DNA from: an uncultured Muribaculaceae bacterium
GTDB lineage: Bacteria; Bacillota_I; Bacilli_A; RF39; UBA660
Direction of reading: 5' to 3'
Length of the DNA: 64,000 bases
NCBI GenBank assembly: GCA_964396655.1
Contig: CAYNFP010000001.1
Span: 70,773-134,772, forward strand
The notes beneath the pieces were generated by a model. That model had not been told where the DNA came from. It made no database searches and saw nothing but the letters and a program-made list of their open reading frames with translations. The translations under genes were made by a program, and so were the position numbers. Numbering within the stretch: position 1 is the first letter of the stretch; every line of letters begins with the position of its first letter. Below are positions 10,116 to 19,172 of this stretch, piece by piece.

Positions 10116-10928
10116 ATGTATAATAGTGAAGAAGAATTTTTAAAAAATTATGATTCAAGTAAATTTGAAAAATTATCTGTAACAACTGATATATTGATTG
10201 TATCAGTATCAGATGAACCTAGTTCAAACTATAGAAAAACCAATAAAAAGCATATGAGTATTTTACTAGTAAAAAGAGATAGTTATCCTTTTAAAGATAA
10301 GTGGTGTTTACCTGGAGGATTTTTAGATATTAAAGAAAACTTAAATGATTGTCCATTGAGAATATTAGAAAGAGAAACAAACTTGAAAAATATTTATTTG
10401 GAACAATTATATACATTCGGGGAAGTTAATAGAGATCCAAGAATGCGTATAGTTTCTACAGCTTATATGGCTTTAATTGATAAAAACAAATTAAAAGAAA
10501 ATATAAATCCTGATGCTTCTTGGTTTGATATAACTTTTTTTAAAAATGAAGATAATGTAGATATTATCTTAGATAATGGAAAAACAACAATTAAATTTAA
10601 GGCTAAAAGAACACTTAAAGATAAAACAACAGATAAATTTGAATATGAAATTATTGAGAATAACTCATTAGCATTTGATCATGCATCTGTAATATTATTT
10701 GGATTAGAAAGATTAAAAAATAAAATACAATATACTGATATAGTATTTAATATGATGCCTGAACATTTTACTTTAGGAGAATTACAGCAAGTATATGAAG
10801 TAATTTTAAATAAAAAATTATTAGATCCGGCTTTTAGAAGGATAATTGCTTCTAAAGTAGTTAAAACATCAAAAGTAAAAACGGGTGGAGGACATAGGCC
10901 TTCCGCATTATTTAAATACAAAAAATAA
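10116..10928 (+). CDS. nrtR: NrtR-family regulator (Nudix + C-terminal winged HTH)
   Basis: WCLPGGF, LEQLYTFG..RDPR, LAFDH, FTLGELQQVYE, GGGHRPSALF. Confidence 0.9.
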   Translation: MYNSEEEFLKNYDSSKFEKLSVTTDILIVSVSDEPSSNYRKTNKKHMSILLVKRDSYPFKDKWCLPGGFLDIKENLNDCPLRILERETNLKNIYLEQLYTFGEVNRDPRMRIVSTAYMALIDKNKLKENINPDASWFDITFFKNEDNVDIILDNGKTTIKFKAKRTLKDKTTDKFEYEIIENNSLAFDHASVILFGLERLKNKIQYTDIVFNMMPEHFTLGELQQVYEVILNKKLLDPAFRRIIASKVVKTSKVKTGGGHRPSALFKYKK

Positions 10929-10939
10929 AAGGAGTTAAA

Positions 10940-11323
10940 ATGAAAAGTAAAAAGGGTTTTACATTAATTGAATTAATAGCAGTTATAGCTTTAGCTTCGA
11001 TTATTGTTGTGATAGCGGTATATTCTGTAAAAGATGCTGGAAGTAATATAAAAGCAAAAGATTATGAAAATAAAATAAATCTTATAGAAACCTCTGCAAT
11101 TTTTTATGCTCAGGATAATATAACAAGTTATCCTCAGACTATAACAATACAAGATTTAATAGAAAGTAAATATTTAGAAGTTGATATAGAAGAAAATAGT
11201 ACTACTTGTACAAGTGGAAGTGGCTGTCTATTAAATCCCATAAATAATAGTTCTATGAATGCATTAGAAATAATAATTTCAAAAGTAAATAATAATGTAG
11301 TAGCAGAAGTTCAAAATAATTAA
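10940..11323 (+). CDS. type IV prepilin-like protein
   Basis: Class III signal KKG^FTLIELIAVIALASII; C-terminal Cys pair. Confidence 0.88.
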   Translation: MKSKKGFTLIELIAVIALASIIVVIAVYSVKDAGSNIKAKDYENKINLIETSAIFYAQDNITSYPQTITIQDLIESKYLEVDIEENSTTCTSGSGCLLNPINNSSMNALEIIISKVNNNVVAEVQNN

Positions 11324-11383
11324 TAAATATCAATTATTTCCTTGATATTCCGCCAATTATATGTTATTATTACTATGCTTTAT

Positions 11384-11460
11384 GGCGGTATTGGTGAAGT
11401 GGTTAACACGGTAGATTGTGGTTCTATTATACGTGGGTTCGATTCCCACATACCGCCCCA
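11384..11460 (+). tRNA. tRNA-His (GUG)
   Basis: G(-1) + GCGGTAT/ATACCGC acceptor stem, anticodon loop TTGTGGT, GTTCGATTC T-loop, encoded CCA. Confidence 0.96.
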
Positions 11461-11472
11461 TAAGTAATTAAT

Positions 11473-11505
11473 CGAACCTTCCAATAGGAGGGTTCGTTTT
11501 CTTTT
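11473..11505 (+). terminator. tRNA-His terminator
   Basis: CGAACCTTCC-AATA-GGAGGGTTCG hairpin followed by a T run. Confidence 0.85.
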
Positions 11506-11542
11506 AATAAAAAATGATATATAATTAAAAAGAGGTGTTAAT

Positions 11543-12103
11543 ATGAACGACAATATATTACAAAGGCCGTATATATCTTTTCACGGGTTAGGTGATTTCG
11601 ATATTTCTAAATTAAAGCGAATATTAATTATGGGAATCCTTCCAAATTCAATGTTGCCAGATATAAAGCCAAGAAATGAACTTTTAGGAAATAATGATAC
11701 GAAAGTTTATTTGGTAAAATCTCCATCACTGGTTGGAACAAAATTGGCTAGGGGTTATAGGGCATACATTGAAAATTGCCTTGGATTAGTAGTAGATTTA
11801 TTTCCGTTAGATCCTAACGAATCAATTAAACGTTCATTTCCAGATGCTGGATACTTAAATGGTGCAATTGCTGTTAAAAATATAATTGGAATCATATATC
11901 CTGCTAATTTAGGGACTAAGACAATTCGAGAATTAATAAAAAAAGAAGAACTTTCTTTTGATGTAGATGAGGAAATGCTAGATTTATCATTAGAAGATGC
12001 AATTAAGTTCTTGAATGTAAACGGTTTACCAATATATGATTCAATTTCTGGCCAAAAGATAACAGATTTAGAAATTGAACAATCTTCAAGAATTAATAGG
12101 TAA
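11543..12103 (+). CDS. hypothetical protein, possible ADP-ribosyltransferase-like fold
   Basis: FHG...LKRILIMGILP...VYLVKSP...IAVKNIIGII pattern; GAGGTG RBS. Confidence 0.6.
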   Translation: MNDNILQRPYISFHGLGDFDISKLKRILIMGILPNSMLPDIKPRNELLGNNDTKVYLVKSPSLVGTKLARGYRAYIENCLGLVVDLFPLDPNESIKRSFPDAGYLNGAIAVKNIIGIIYPANLGTKTIRELIKKEELSFDVDEEMLDLSLEDAIKFLNVNGLPIYDSISGQKITDLEIEQSSRINR

Positions 12104-12107
12104 AACA

Positions 12108-12138
12108 TTTTGTGCCTATTGGAATATTGCTCCATTAA
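12108..12138 (+). repeat. 31-bp dispersed repeat, copy 1
   Basis: TTTTGTGCCTATTGGAATATTGCTCCATTAA; 30/31 identical to 15888-15918. Confidence 0.9.
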
Positions 12139-12217
12139 GATAGTAATCAAATTTTTCAATAGGGGGTTTCGTTTTTTTATAAAATATTTTATAATCTATA
12201 AATAGGAGGTTAATTTT

Positions 12218-12670
12218 GTGGAAATAAAAGAATTGCGTTCTAAAGGTATTTGCCCAACTTGTTATAATTTTGAACACGGAGGTGTTTACCCAGATTTAGG
12301 TAAAAAATTATTATATGAAGATGATTTATTAATGTGTTTTTTTGAATCAAGACCAAGGTCAAAAGGTCATACAATAATTTTAGTAAAAGAACATTATCAA
12401 GATATGTCTTATTTACCTGATGAAGTTTGTTCAAAGGTATATTTATTTGCTAAAGAAATGATGAATATCCTGAAGGAAGCACTTGATGTTGAAAGAGTTT
12501 ACTTATGTACTATGTGTGATGGAGAACCAAATCATTTTCACGTTCAATTAATACCTAGATATCCAGAAACTAAAATAGGTTCTACAAATTTTGTTAGAGA
12601 GAGGCAAGATTATATTGAAGATTTAGAGTTAATAGAACATATAAAAAATAAGTTAATATTAAAAAAATAA
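12218..12670 (+). CDS. HIT-family protein (HxHxQ variant)
   Basis: CPTC, GHTIILVKEH, NHFHVQLIPR; GGAGG RBS with GTG start. Confidence 0.85.
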   Translation: MEIKELRSKGICPTCYNFEHGGVYPDLGKKLLYEDDLLMCFFESRPRSKGHTIILVKEHYQDMSYLPDEVCSKVYLFAKEMMNILKEALDVERVYLCTMCDGEPNHFHVQLIPRYPETKIGSTNFVRERQDYIEDLELIEHIKNKLILKK

Positions 12671-12723
12671 ATTAAAAATATTTTGATTTGTGGTAATATG
12701 ATAAAATTAATATAGGTGATTTT

Positions 12724-13089
12724 ATGAATGAAAAAATAAATGAATTAAAATCTATTTTAAATAAATGTTGGGGTATTGATACGTGCTATTCTAAATGTAA
12801 AGATTATTGGAATGAAGAAAATAAAGCTTGTGGACAATGCGCTATAACGAGTGTAATAGTAAAAAATTATTTTGGTGGAGAAATCAGAAAAACTATTGTT
12901 AACGATATGGCACACTATTTTAATTATATAAATGAAGAAGTAATTGATTTGACAAGAGAACAATTTAAAAATAATGATATAGATTATTCCAATTATAAAA
13001 TTAAAAGTGTAGAAGAAATATTAGAAAATGATGATACAAAGAGAAGATATGAGATTTTAAATTCAAGAGTTAATATATATACTAAATAA
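12724..13089 (+). CDS. YunG-family protein
   Basis: GQCAITS, FGGEI, HYFN, IDLTREQF, TKRRYEIL. Confidence 0.8.
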   Translation: MNEKINELKSILNKCWGIDTCYSKCKDYWNEENKACGQCAITSVIVKNYFGGEIRKTIVNDMAHYFNYINEEVIDLTREQFKNNDIDYSNYKIKSVEEILENDDTKRRYEILNSRVNIYTK

Positions 13090-13110
13090 TATTAAATGGT
13101 TTGTAAGAGA

Positions 13111-13176
13111 GTAATTGAACTTTCCGTTAGGATGGTTCGTTTTCTTTTTTTTTAAAATGATATATAATTAAGTAGG
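13111..13176 (+). repeat. degenerate copy of the tRNA-His terminator + promoter module
   Basis: GAACTTTCCGTTAGGATGGTTCGTTTTC...AAAATGATATATAATTAA aligns with 11474-11528. Confidence 0.75.
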
Positions 13177-13655
13177 TGATAAAGATGAATATTGAATTGA
13201 AAGAAATAAATATTAGAGAAGCAAAAGAAAAAGATATCGAAATTGTGCACAAACTTGGTCAAAATATAAGTGGGTTTGAAGTAGCATCAGAAGTGGTTAC
13301 TTTTTGGCCATTTAAGTTACTAAAAAATTCTGTTAATAAAGATGATGTTATTTTTCTTGTAATAGAAAAAAAGTTAAATATAATAGGTTTTTTAATTATG
13401 AATCTTAACTACTCGTTGTCAAAAGGCGAAATAGAAGATGTTTTTATTGTTGAAGAGGAAAGAAATAAAGGATATGGAAGCACCTTATTAAATAAAAGTA
13501 TAACTATTGCTAAGAGTAAAGGTATTGAATATAAAATAGAGTATATCAATGCTTTAACAAATTCCGCTGAAGGTTTCTTTCAAAAAAACAACTTTATTAG
13601 AGGTAATAAATTTACTTGGTTTAGTTTACCGCTTACTAATATATTTAAAAAGTAA
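13176..13655 (+). CDS. GNAT acetyltransferase
   Basis: FIVEEERNKGYGSTLL acetyl-CoA motif; start may be ATG at 13185. Confidence 0.85.
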   Translation: MIKMNIELKEINIREAKEKDIEIVHKLGQNISGFEVASEVVTFWPFKLLKNSVNKDDVIFLVIEKKLNIIGFLIMNLNYSLSKGEIEDVFIVEEERNKGYGSTLLNKSITIAKSKGIEYKIEYINALTNSAEGFFQKNNFIRGNKFTWFSLPLTNIFKK

Positions 13656-13779
13656 GTTGGAAATATATAAAAAATATTTTGGGTTTGTTAAAAAAAGTTG
13701 CTCATATTTTTTAAATTTGAGTAATTTTATTTAATTTATTTTTTTATTTTTTATAGTATAATTGAATTGGGTGATATAA

Positions 13780-14520
13780 ATGAATATAGAAAGAAAAACA
13801 GTTTTAATAACTGGTGGTAGCAGTGGGATTGGTAAACAGATTGCTATTTTGTTTGCTTCCAATAACTATTCGGTAACTATAGTAGGACGAGATGAAAATA
13901 AATTAAAAAAAGTAAGTAATATTTATAATTATATAAAATATTTTGTATGTGATTTAGAAAATCAGAATGATATATTGAAGATGTTGAATTCAATTAATAA
14001 TATAGATGTTTTAATAAATTGTGCTGGGACTATAAATTCTATTGAAGAAAAAGCAGAATATGATTTTGAGACATTAAATAAAGTAATAGACATAAATTTA
14101 AAAGCAACAATCTCAACATCATTATTATCACTTGAAAAGATGATAAAGAATAAAATTAAGGGAGTTATTATTAACATTGGCTCGATTGTTGCAAAAAACG
14201 GATCAAAATTTTTCCCTATATATTCTGCATCTAAGGGTGGACTTGTTTCTTTTACTAAGTCAATAGCATCGCGTTTTGGTGAATATGGTATAAGATGTAA
14301 TATTATTTCTCCAGGAGTAATAAAAACACCAATGTCTTATATAGAAACACCGGATTTTGATGATTATATTGAAAGCATAGAAGATAGAACGCCATTGAAG
14401 AGATTGGGAAATACTAATGATATAGCAGAGTTAGCGCTATTTTTAGCATCAGAAAATTCATCATTTATAACTGGTCAAGAAATTATTATAGATGGTGGAT
14501 ATACATTATCTCAAGAATAA
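13780..14520 (+). CDS. short-chain dehydrogenase/reductase (FabG-like)
   Basis: TGGSSGIG, INCAG, YSASK, SPGVIKT, ITGQEIIIDGG. Confidence 0.92.
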   Translation: MNIERKTVLITGGSSGIGKQIAILFASNNYSVTIVGRDENKLKKVSNIYNYIKYFVCDLENQNDILKMLNSINNIDVLINCAGTINSIEEKAEYDFETLNKVIDINLKATISTSLLSLEKMIKNKIKGVIINIGSIVAKNGSKFFPIYSASKGGLVSFTKSIASRFGEYGIRCNIISPGVIKTPMSYIETPDFDDYIESIEDRTPLKRLGNTNDIAELALFLASENSSFITGQEIIIDGGYTLSQE

Positions 14521-14630
14521 GGAGAATAATTTTATCTAACTGGCTTTATTATTAGAATAATTGGACTTTAAATAGAGATTGATTTATTTTTATTAAAAAT
14601 GATATATAATTAAAATATAGGTGGTTTAAA

Positions 14631-15146
14631 ATGTTAGAAAAATACACGATTAAAAAAGCTAACGTTGAAGAATTTGATCACATTAAAAAAATATTTGAGG
14701 CAGTTAAAGAAGATTTGAAAAAAAGAGAAATTATCATGTGGATCGACAAATAGCCACTTGATGTTATTGAAGAAGATATTAAAATTGGTTCAATGTATGT
14801 TTTAGAAAATGAAAAAAATTATATTTTAGGATGTTTTACTTTATTAAAAAATGATGATTTATATAAGAATATCAAATGGAAATTAAACGGGAAAAGTTTA
14901 TATATTGAAAGAGTAGTTATTAGCCCAGAAATGCAAGGTAAAGGTTTAAGTAATAAGATTATGAATTTTATTATTAACTATGCTAAAGAAAATAATTATG
15001 AAGTTATAAAATTAACTGTTTTGGAAACAAATACTCGTGCTTATTCTTAATACAAAAAGTATGATTTTTCTGAAGTAGATAAAGGTTCACATATGACCAG
15101 AAGTGGCAGAATAGCAATAGCTATGGAAAGGGAAGTTTTTTTATAA
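14631..15146 (+). pseudogene. GNAT acetyltransferase pseudogene (paralog of 16516-17031)
   Basis: 516-bp collinear copy with in-frame stops TAG 14751-14753 (TAC in the intact copy) and TAA 15048-15050 (TTA in the intact copy). Confidence 0.9.
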
Positions 15147-15187
15147 AAAAATCAAAAAAAGTAAGAATAATTTAATTGGAGGAATAT

Positions 15188-15847
15188 ATGAAAATAACTA
15201 AATATCCGCAATCTTGTTTAATGGTTGAAACCGAAAGGGGTAAAATATTAGTTGATCCAGGAATATTAAAATATAAAGAAGAATATTTTCAAGAATGGAA
15301 TAAGGCTGATGCTATATTGCTAACTCATTGGCATAGAGATCATGTCAATGCTGAAGTTCTTAAAAAAATGAGAGCACCTATATATTCTACTTTAGAAGTA
15401 CAAAATCATTATCCGGAATTAAGAATTAGAATAATTAGTGAAAAAGATGATATATGGCTTGATTATATGTCTGTTTATGTAAAAAAAGCTGTTCATGGAT
15501 ACAATCCTAATTTAAAGGGTGGTAAAGAAGTTTTAGAAAATGTTGGTTATCTTATAGATGATATTCTTGGTGGAAATGACAATAGGCTTTATGTAACAAG
15601 TGACACAATATGTTTTGAACCTAATTTTAAAGCTGACATCGTTGCATTACCTGTAACAGGATATGGATTAACAATGTCTAGTTATGAGGCAGCTTTATTT
15701 GCAAAAGAATTAGGGGCTAAATTAGTATTGCCAATTCATATGGATAATGAACTATATCCTACAGATTTAGAATTAATGAAAAAGAATTTTGAAAAATTTG
15801 ATATAAATTATAAGGTTTTAGAAATTGAAGAAACCATAGAAATATAA
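15188..15847 (+). CDS. metallo-beta-lactamase-fold hydrolase
   Basis: ILVDPG, THWHRDH, VHG, TSDT, LPIH; ATG at 15188 after GGAGG. Confidence 0.88.
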   Translation: MKITKYPQSCLMVETERGKILVDPGILKYKEEYFQEWNKADAILLTHWHRDHVNAEVLKKMRAPIYSTLEVQNHYPELRIRIISEKDDIWLDYMSVYVKKAVHGYNPNLKGGKEVLENVGYLIDDILGGNDNRLYVTSDTICFEPNFKADIVALPVTGYGLTMSSYEAALFAKELGAKLVLPIHMDNELYPTDLELMKKNFEKFDINYKVLEIEETIEI

Positions 15848-15887
15848 AAAACAATCCCACAAGGATGAAAATTTTATAAATTAGATT

Positions 15888-15918
15888 TTTTGTGTCTATT
15901 GGAATATTGCTCCATTAA
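15888..15918 (+). repeat. 31-bp dispersed repeat, copy 2
   Basis: TTTTGTGTCTATTGGAATATTGCTCCATTAA. Confidence 0.9.
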
Positions 15919-15947
15919 AAAATAAATGAATTATATAATTAGGGAAT

Positions 15948-15974
15948 AAAAAAACTAGGCTAACCTAGTTTTTT
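15948..15974. terminator. bidirectional terminator
   Basis: A-run-CTAGG-CTAA-CCTAG-T-run between convergent genes. Confidence 0.75.
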
Positions 15975-15978
15975 AGTT

Positions 15979-16188
15979 TCATTCTATAATTGAAACATTT
16001 ACTGCTCTGTTTTTTGAATTCTTCGGATCAACTTCAACATCATATGAAACTTTTTGTCCTTCTTTAAGTTCTGTAAGTCCATCTTTAAGTGCTGAAACGT
16101 GTACGAAAATTTCTTCTTCAACTTCATCATTTTTGATAAATCCAAAGCCTTTAACGCTATTGAAAAATTTAACTGTACCTGTTTTCAT
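15979..16188 (-). CDS. csp: cold-shock protein
   Basis: GTVKFFN, RNP1 KGFGFI, RNP2 IFVHVS; AGGAGG RBS. Confidence 0.95.
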   Translation of the reverse strand: MKTGTVKFFNSVKGFGFIKNDEVEEEIFVHVSALKDGLTELKEGQKVSYDVEVDPKNSKNRAVNVSIIE

Positions 16189-16259
16189 GTTATACCTCCT
16201 TAATCTTGATTATACCTCTTTAAATAATAATAAATTACGAGATTCGGAAGTATGCATTA

Positions 16260-16288
16260 AGCATATCATATTTAACACTACTCGTCAA
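16260..16288 (-). promoter_or_regulatory. sigma-A promoter of csp
   Basis: Minus strand TTGACG-17bp-TATGCT with TG extension. Confidence 0.6.
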
Positions 16289-16515
16289 ATTTATATTTTA
16301 AAAAAGAGTGCCTTATGTTATTGAGTTATAAAAGCACTAACAAACTCTTAATTAATAAGAGTCTGTTTTTTAATTTAATATATAATAAAAACAAACGAAC
16401 CAGAAAAATACAACAATATATTAGTAGCTATAATAAAATATTTAGAATTGAATAACAAAGAATATATAGTTAATCATTTTTAAATATAGTATAATAAAAT
16501 TAAGGTGATTTTCAA

Positions 16516-17031
16516 ATGTTAGAAAAATACAATATTAGAAAAGCCAATATCAAAGAATTTGATGGTATTAAAAAATTATTTAAGGCAATCAAAGAAGATT
16601 TAAAAAAAAGAGAAATTGTTATGTGGACTGATAAATACCCCCTAGATGTTATTGAAGATGATATAAAAACTGCTTCGATGTATGTTTTAGAAGATGAAAG
16701 AAATAACATTGTGGGTTGCTTTACCTTGTTGAAAGATGATGAATTATACAAGAATATTAAATGGAAATTAGATGGAAATAGTTTATACATTGAGAGAGTA
16801 GTTATTAGCCCTGAAATGCAAGGGCAAGGCTTTAGTAATAAAATTATGGATTTTATTATTAACTATGCTAAAGAAAATAAATATGAGATTATAAGATTGA
16901 CTGTTCTTGAATCTAATATACGGGCACACTCCTTATATAAAAAATATAATTTTTCTGAAGTAGATAGAGGTTCACATATGACTAGAAGTGGTAGAATAGC
17001 AATAGCAATGGAAAGAAATGTATATTTATAA
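16516..17031 (+). CDS. GNAT acetyltransferase
   Basis: VVISPEMQGQGFS; N..A.SLYKKYNF. Confidence 0.9.
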   Translation: MLEKYNIRKANIKEFDGIKKLFKAIKEDLKKREIVMWTDKYPLDVIEDDIKTASMYVLEDERNNIVGCFTLLKDDELYKNIKWKLDGNSLYIERVVISPEMQGQGFSNKIMDFIINYAKENKYEIIRLTVLESNIRAHSLYKKYNFSEVDRGSHMTRSGRIAIAMERNVYL

Positions 17032-17100
17032 AAAAATGACTCCGATATGGAGTTTGTTTTTTTATTTTAAATAATATATAATTAAGTTAGGTGAATATGT

Positions 17101-18081
17101 ATGATAGATTTTAATTTTATAATAGATTCTAATTATGTTGCTTTTTGGCTTTTAAGAAGAATTAATACTACTGAAGATAAAGAATTAATTGACCTAAAAG
17201 AAAAGCTATTAGGAAAACATAAAAAAGGATATAGTAAGTTAAAAGGAAAAGAATTATTAAATATTAAAATATATATTGATTATTTAAAAGGTAGTAATCT
17301 TATTAAAGAATTAGTAAGTAATGAAAATTTTAAAAATTTTCATAAAAATAAATTTAGTAATATGGGTGAATATGAATTAGCAATATCTATTTTAATGAAT
17401 ATTATTCAAGTTGAAGATTCAAATATAAATAATTTAAAAAATATTCTTTGGAATAAATATAATGAAGACTATAAAAAATTGCTTTGGAGCATGAATGAAA
17501 ATGTAGAAGTATATATGGAAGATTCTGATGTAAAGGAATTAATTGAAGAATTTAAAAAGACAGAAATTTTTAATAAATTATTAGAAGAAACAAGAGAATA
17601 CTATGAAAAAATTAAGTATGAATGGAATAGTAGAAAAAATGAAATTAATAAGTTTTTAAACACATATTTAAGAATAAGTTTTAATTGTCTTCCAAATACA
17701 TATATAGTTCATCCGATTTCTCATGTGGGTTGCAATTATGATGGAAAAATTATATGGGGTCATACAAAGGGATTAAGCGATATTTTTTATAACTTAGCAT
17801 ACTTGGTTCATGAAAGCTTACATATAATTTTACCTCCAATTTCTAATATAGTTGATGGAGAATATATTAATCATGCAGTTATTGAAATGATTTCGGATTA
17901 TGAATTATATAGTTTATTATCAAAAAAAGATAAATTTGGAGAAGGGCATCCGTTCTTAAGAGAATATAAAGAAAAAATATATCCGTTTTGGCAAAAATAT
18001 AAAGAATCAGAATTAAAAGATTTAAATATAAGACAATTTGAACAGTATTTATTTGAAGAAATATTTAGTATAATCAAATAA
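17101..18081 (+). CDS. hypothetical protein with HExxH zinc-peptidase-like motif
   Basis: LVHESLH followed by HAVIE. Confidence 0.65.
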   Translation: MIDFNFIIDSNYVAFWLLRRINTTEDKELIDLKEKLLGKHKKGYSKLKGKELLNIKIYIDYLKGSNLIKELVSNENFKNFHKNKFSNMGEYELAISILMNIIQVEDSNINNLKNILWNKYNEDYKKLLWSMNENVEVYMEDSDVKELIEEFKKTEIFNKLLEETREYYEKIKYEWNSRKNEINKFLNTYLRISFNCLPNTYIVHPISHVGCNYDGKIIWGHTKGLSDIFYNLAYLVHESLHIILPPISNIVDGEYINHAVIEMISDYELYSLLSKKDKFGEGHPFLREYKEKIYPFWQKYKESELKDLNIRQFEQYLFEEIFSIIK

Positions 18082-18092
18082 AGGAGAAAATT

Positions 18093-18431
18093 ATGAATTT
18101 TAATATATCTAAAGTAAAAATAATTGTTACTTCACCGATTGAAAATGCAGAAGAAATAAGAAAAGCCCTTGGTGATGCAGGTGCTGGTGTTATTGGAAAT
18201 TATTCACATTGTAGTATTTCTGAAAGAATTGTAGGCACATTTAAAGGAAATGATGCTACTAATCCATATATTGGAGAAAAAAACAAATTAGAAGTAGTTC
18301 AAGAAGAAAAAATTGAAGTTCAATGTGACATAAAAATAATTAAAGAAGTTTTAAAAAAATTGAGGGAAGTTCATCCATATGAAGAGCCTGCAATAGATAT
18401 TGTACCTTTAATTAATGAAGAAGATTTATAG
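18093..18431 (+). CDS. YqfO/Nif3 PII-like domain protein
   Basis: AGAGVIGNYSHC, NPYIGE, HPYEEPAID. Confidence 0.85.
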   Translation: MNFNISKVKIIVTSPIENAEEIRKALGDAGAGVIGNYSHCSISERIVGTFKGNDATNPYIGEKNKLEVVQEEKIEVQCDIKIIKEVLKKLREVHPYEEPAIDIVPLINEEDL

Positions 18432-18457
18432 TTGAAGTTATCTTAGAAAGGATTGTT

Positions 18458-19051
18458 ATGGAAAAATTAATTTTGTTAGATTTTGTAAAATCAATACTTG
18501 AATTTATGAAAAAGAACCCAACATGTTTTAATTCTGAAAAGTTGGATATAATGTGCAATATGATAGATTACATAAATAATTATGTAAGTGATGAAGAAGC
18601 TACTATGATAAACAGACAAATACAAGCTATTAAAAATACATTAAATCTTGAAAGTGAAGATTTTGGTTATGGAGATAACTTTAATGAAGAATTTAATAAA
18701 AAAGATTTGATGTCACTTGCAACAATATATTTAATGGCATTAAGCAAAGATAAAAAAATATATACTGTTGATGATAGTTTTATTTATTATATTATAAATA
18801 GTTTAAGAGGAATAGAGTATAAACATTATTCTAATTTATTAAAAGGTTTACTTTATCAAAGATTGTTAGATGGCATAAAATTAATTCAAGAAACTGAACC
18901 TTTAAACATAGATAGAATAAGGATAACTTTCAATACTTTAATTGATTCAAAAACAATAGAAAATGATATGACTGAAGAAGAATTTGAAAAAATTATGCAA
19001 GATTATTTAGAAAAAAGGTCGATACCAATAAATCCTTTACACAAAAAATAG
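18458..19051 (+). CDS. hypothetical protein
   Basis: 197-aa ORF, AAAGGA RBS, terminator follows. Confidence 0.65.
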   Translation: MEKLILLDFVKSILEFMKKNPTCFNSEKLDIMCNMIDYINNYVSDEEATMINRQIQAIKNTLNLESEDFGYGDNFNEEFNKKDLMSLATIYLMALSKDKKIYTVDDSFIYYIINSLRGIEYKHYSNLLKGLLYQRLLDGIKLIQETEPLNIDRIRITFNTLIDSKTIENDMTEEEFEKIMQDYLEKRSIPINPLHKK

Positions 19052-19066
19052 TAATATTATAAACTC

Positions 19067-19101
19067 AATCGAACTGATTTTAAGTCAGTTCGATTTTTTT
19101 T
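19067..19101 (+). terminator. intrinsic terminator
   Basis: AATCGAACTGA...TCAGTTCGATT plus T run. Confidence 0.8.
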
Positions 19102-19172
19102 GATTTTTTTAAACCAATAATATATAAGTACATATTCCCATAATTTTAATATATTAAATAGTGGGAGGGTGA

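Noticed and set aside
14793-15050. 85-aa GNAT ORF in the track
   Set aside because: It is the middle fragment of the pseudogene 14631-15146
14751-15050. Stop-codon readthrough or alternative genetic code
   Set aside because: Two different stops (TAG, TAA) replace Tyr and Leu; other genes end normally at TAA/TAG/TGA and use TGG for Trp
116-15195. Identical TTGGAGGAATATATGAAAA at 116 and 15176
   Set aside because: Explained by RBS + ATG + Lys codon consensus; it also shows that the TTG starts in the track are overextended
12108-15918. 31-bp repeats as a CRISPR array
   Set aside because: Only two copies 3.8 kb apart, no regular spacers and no cas genes
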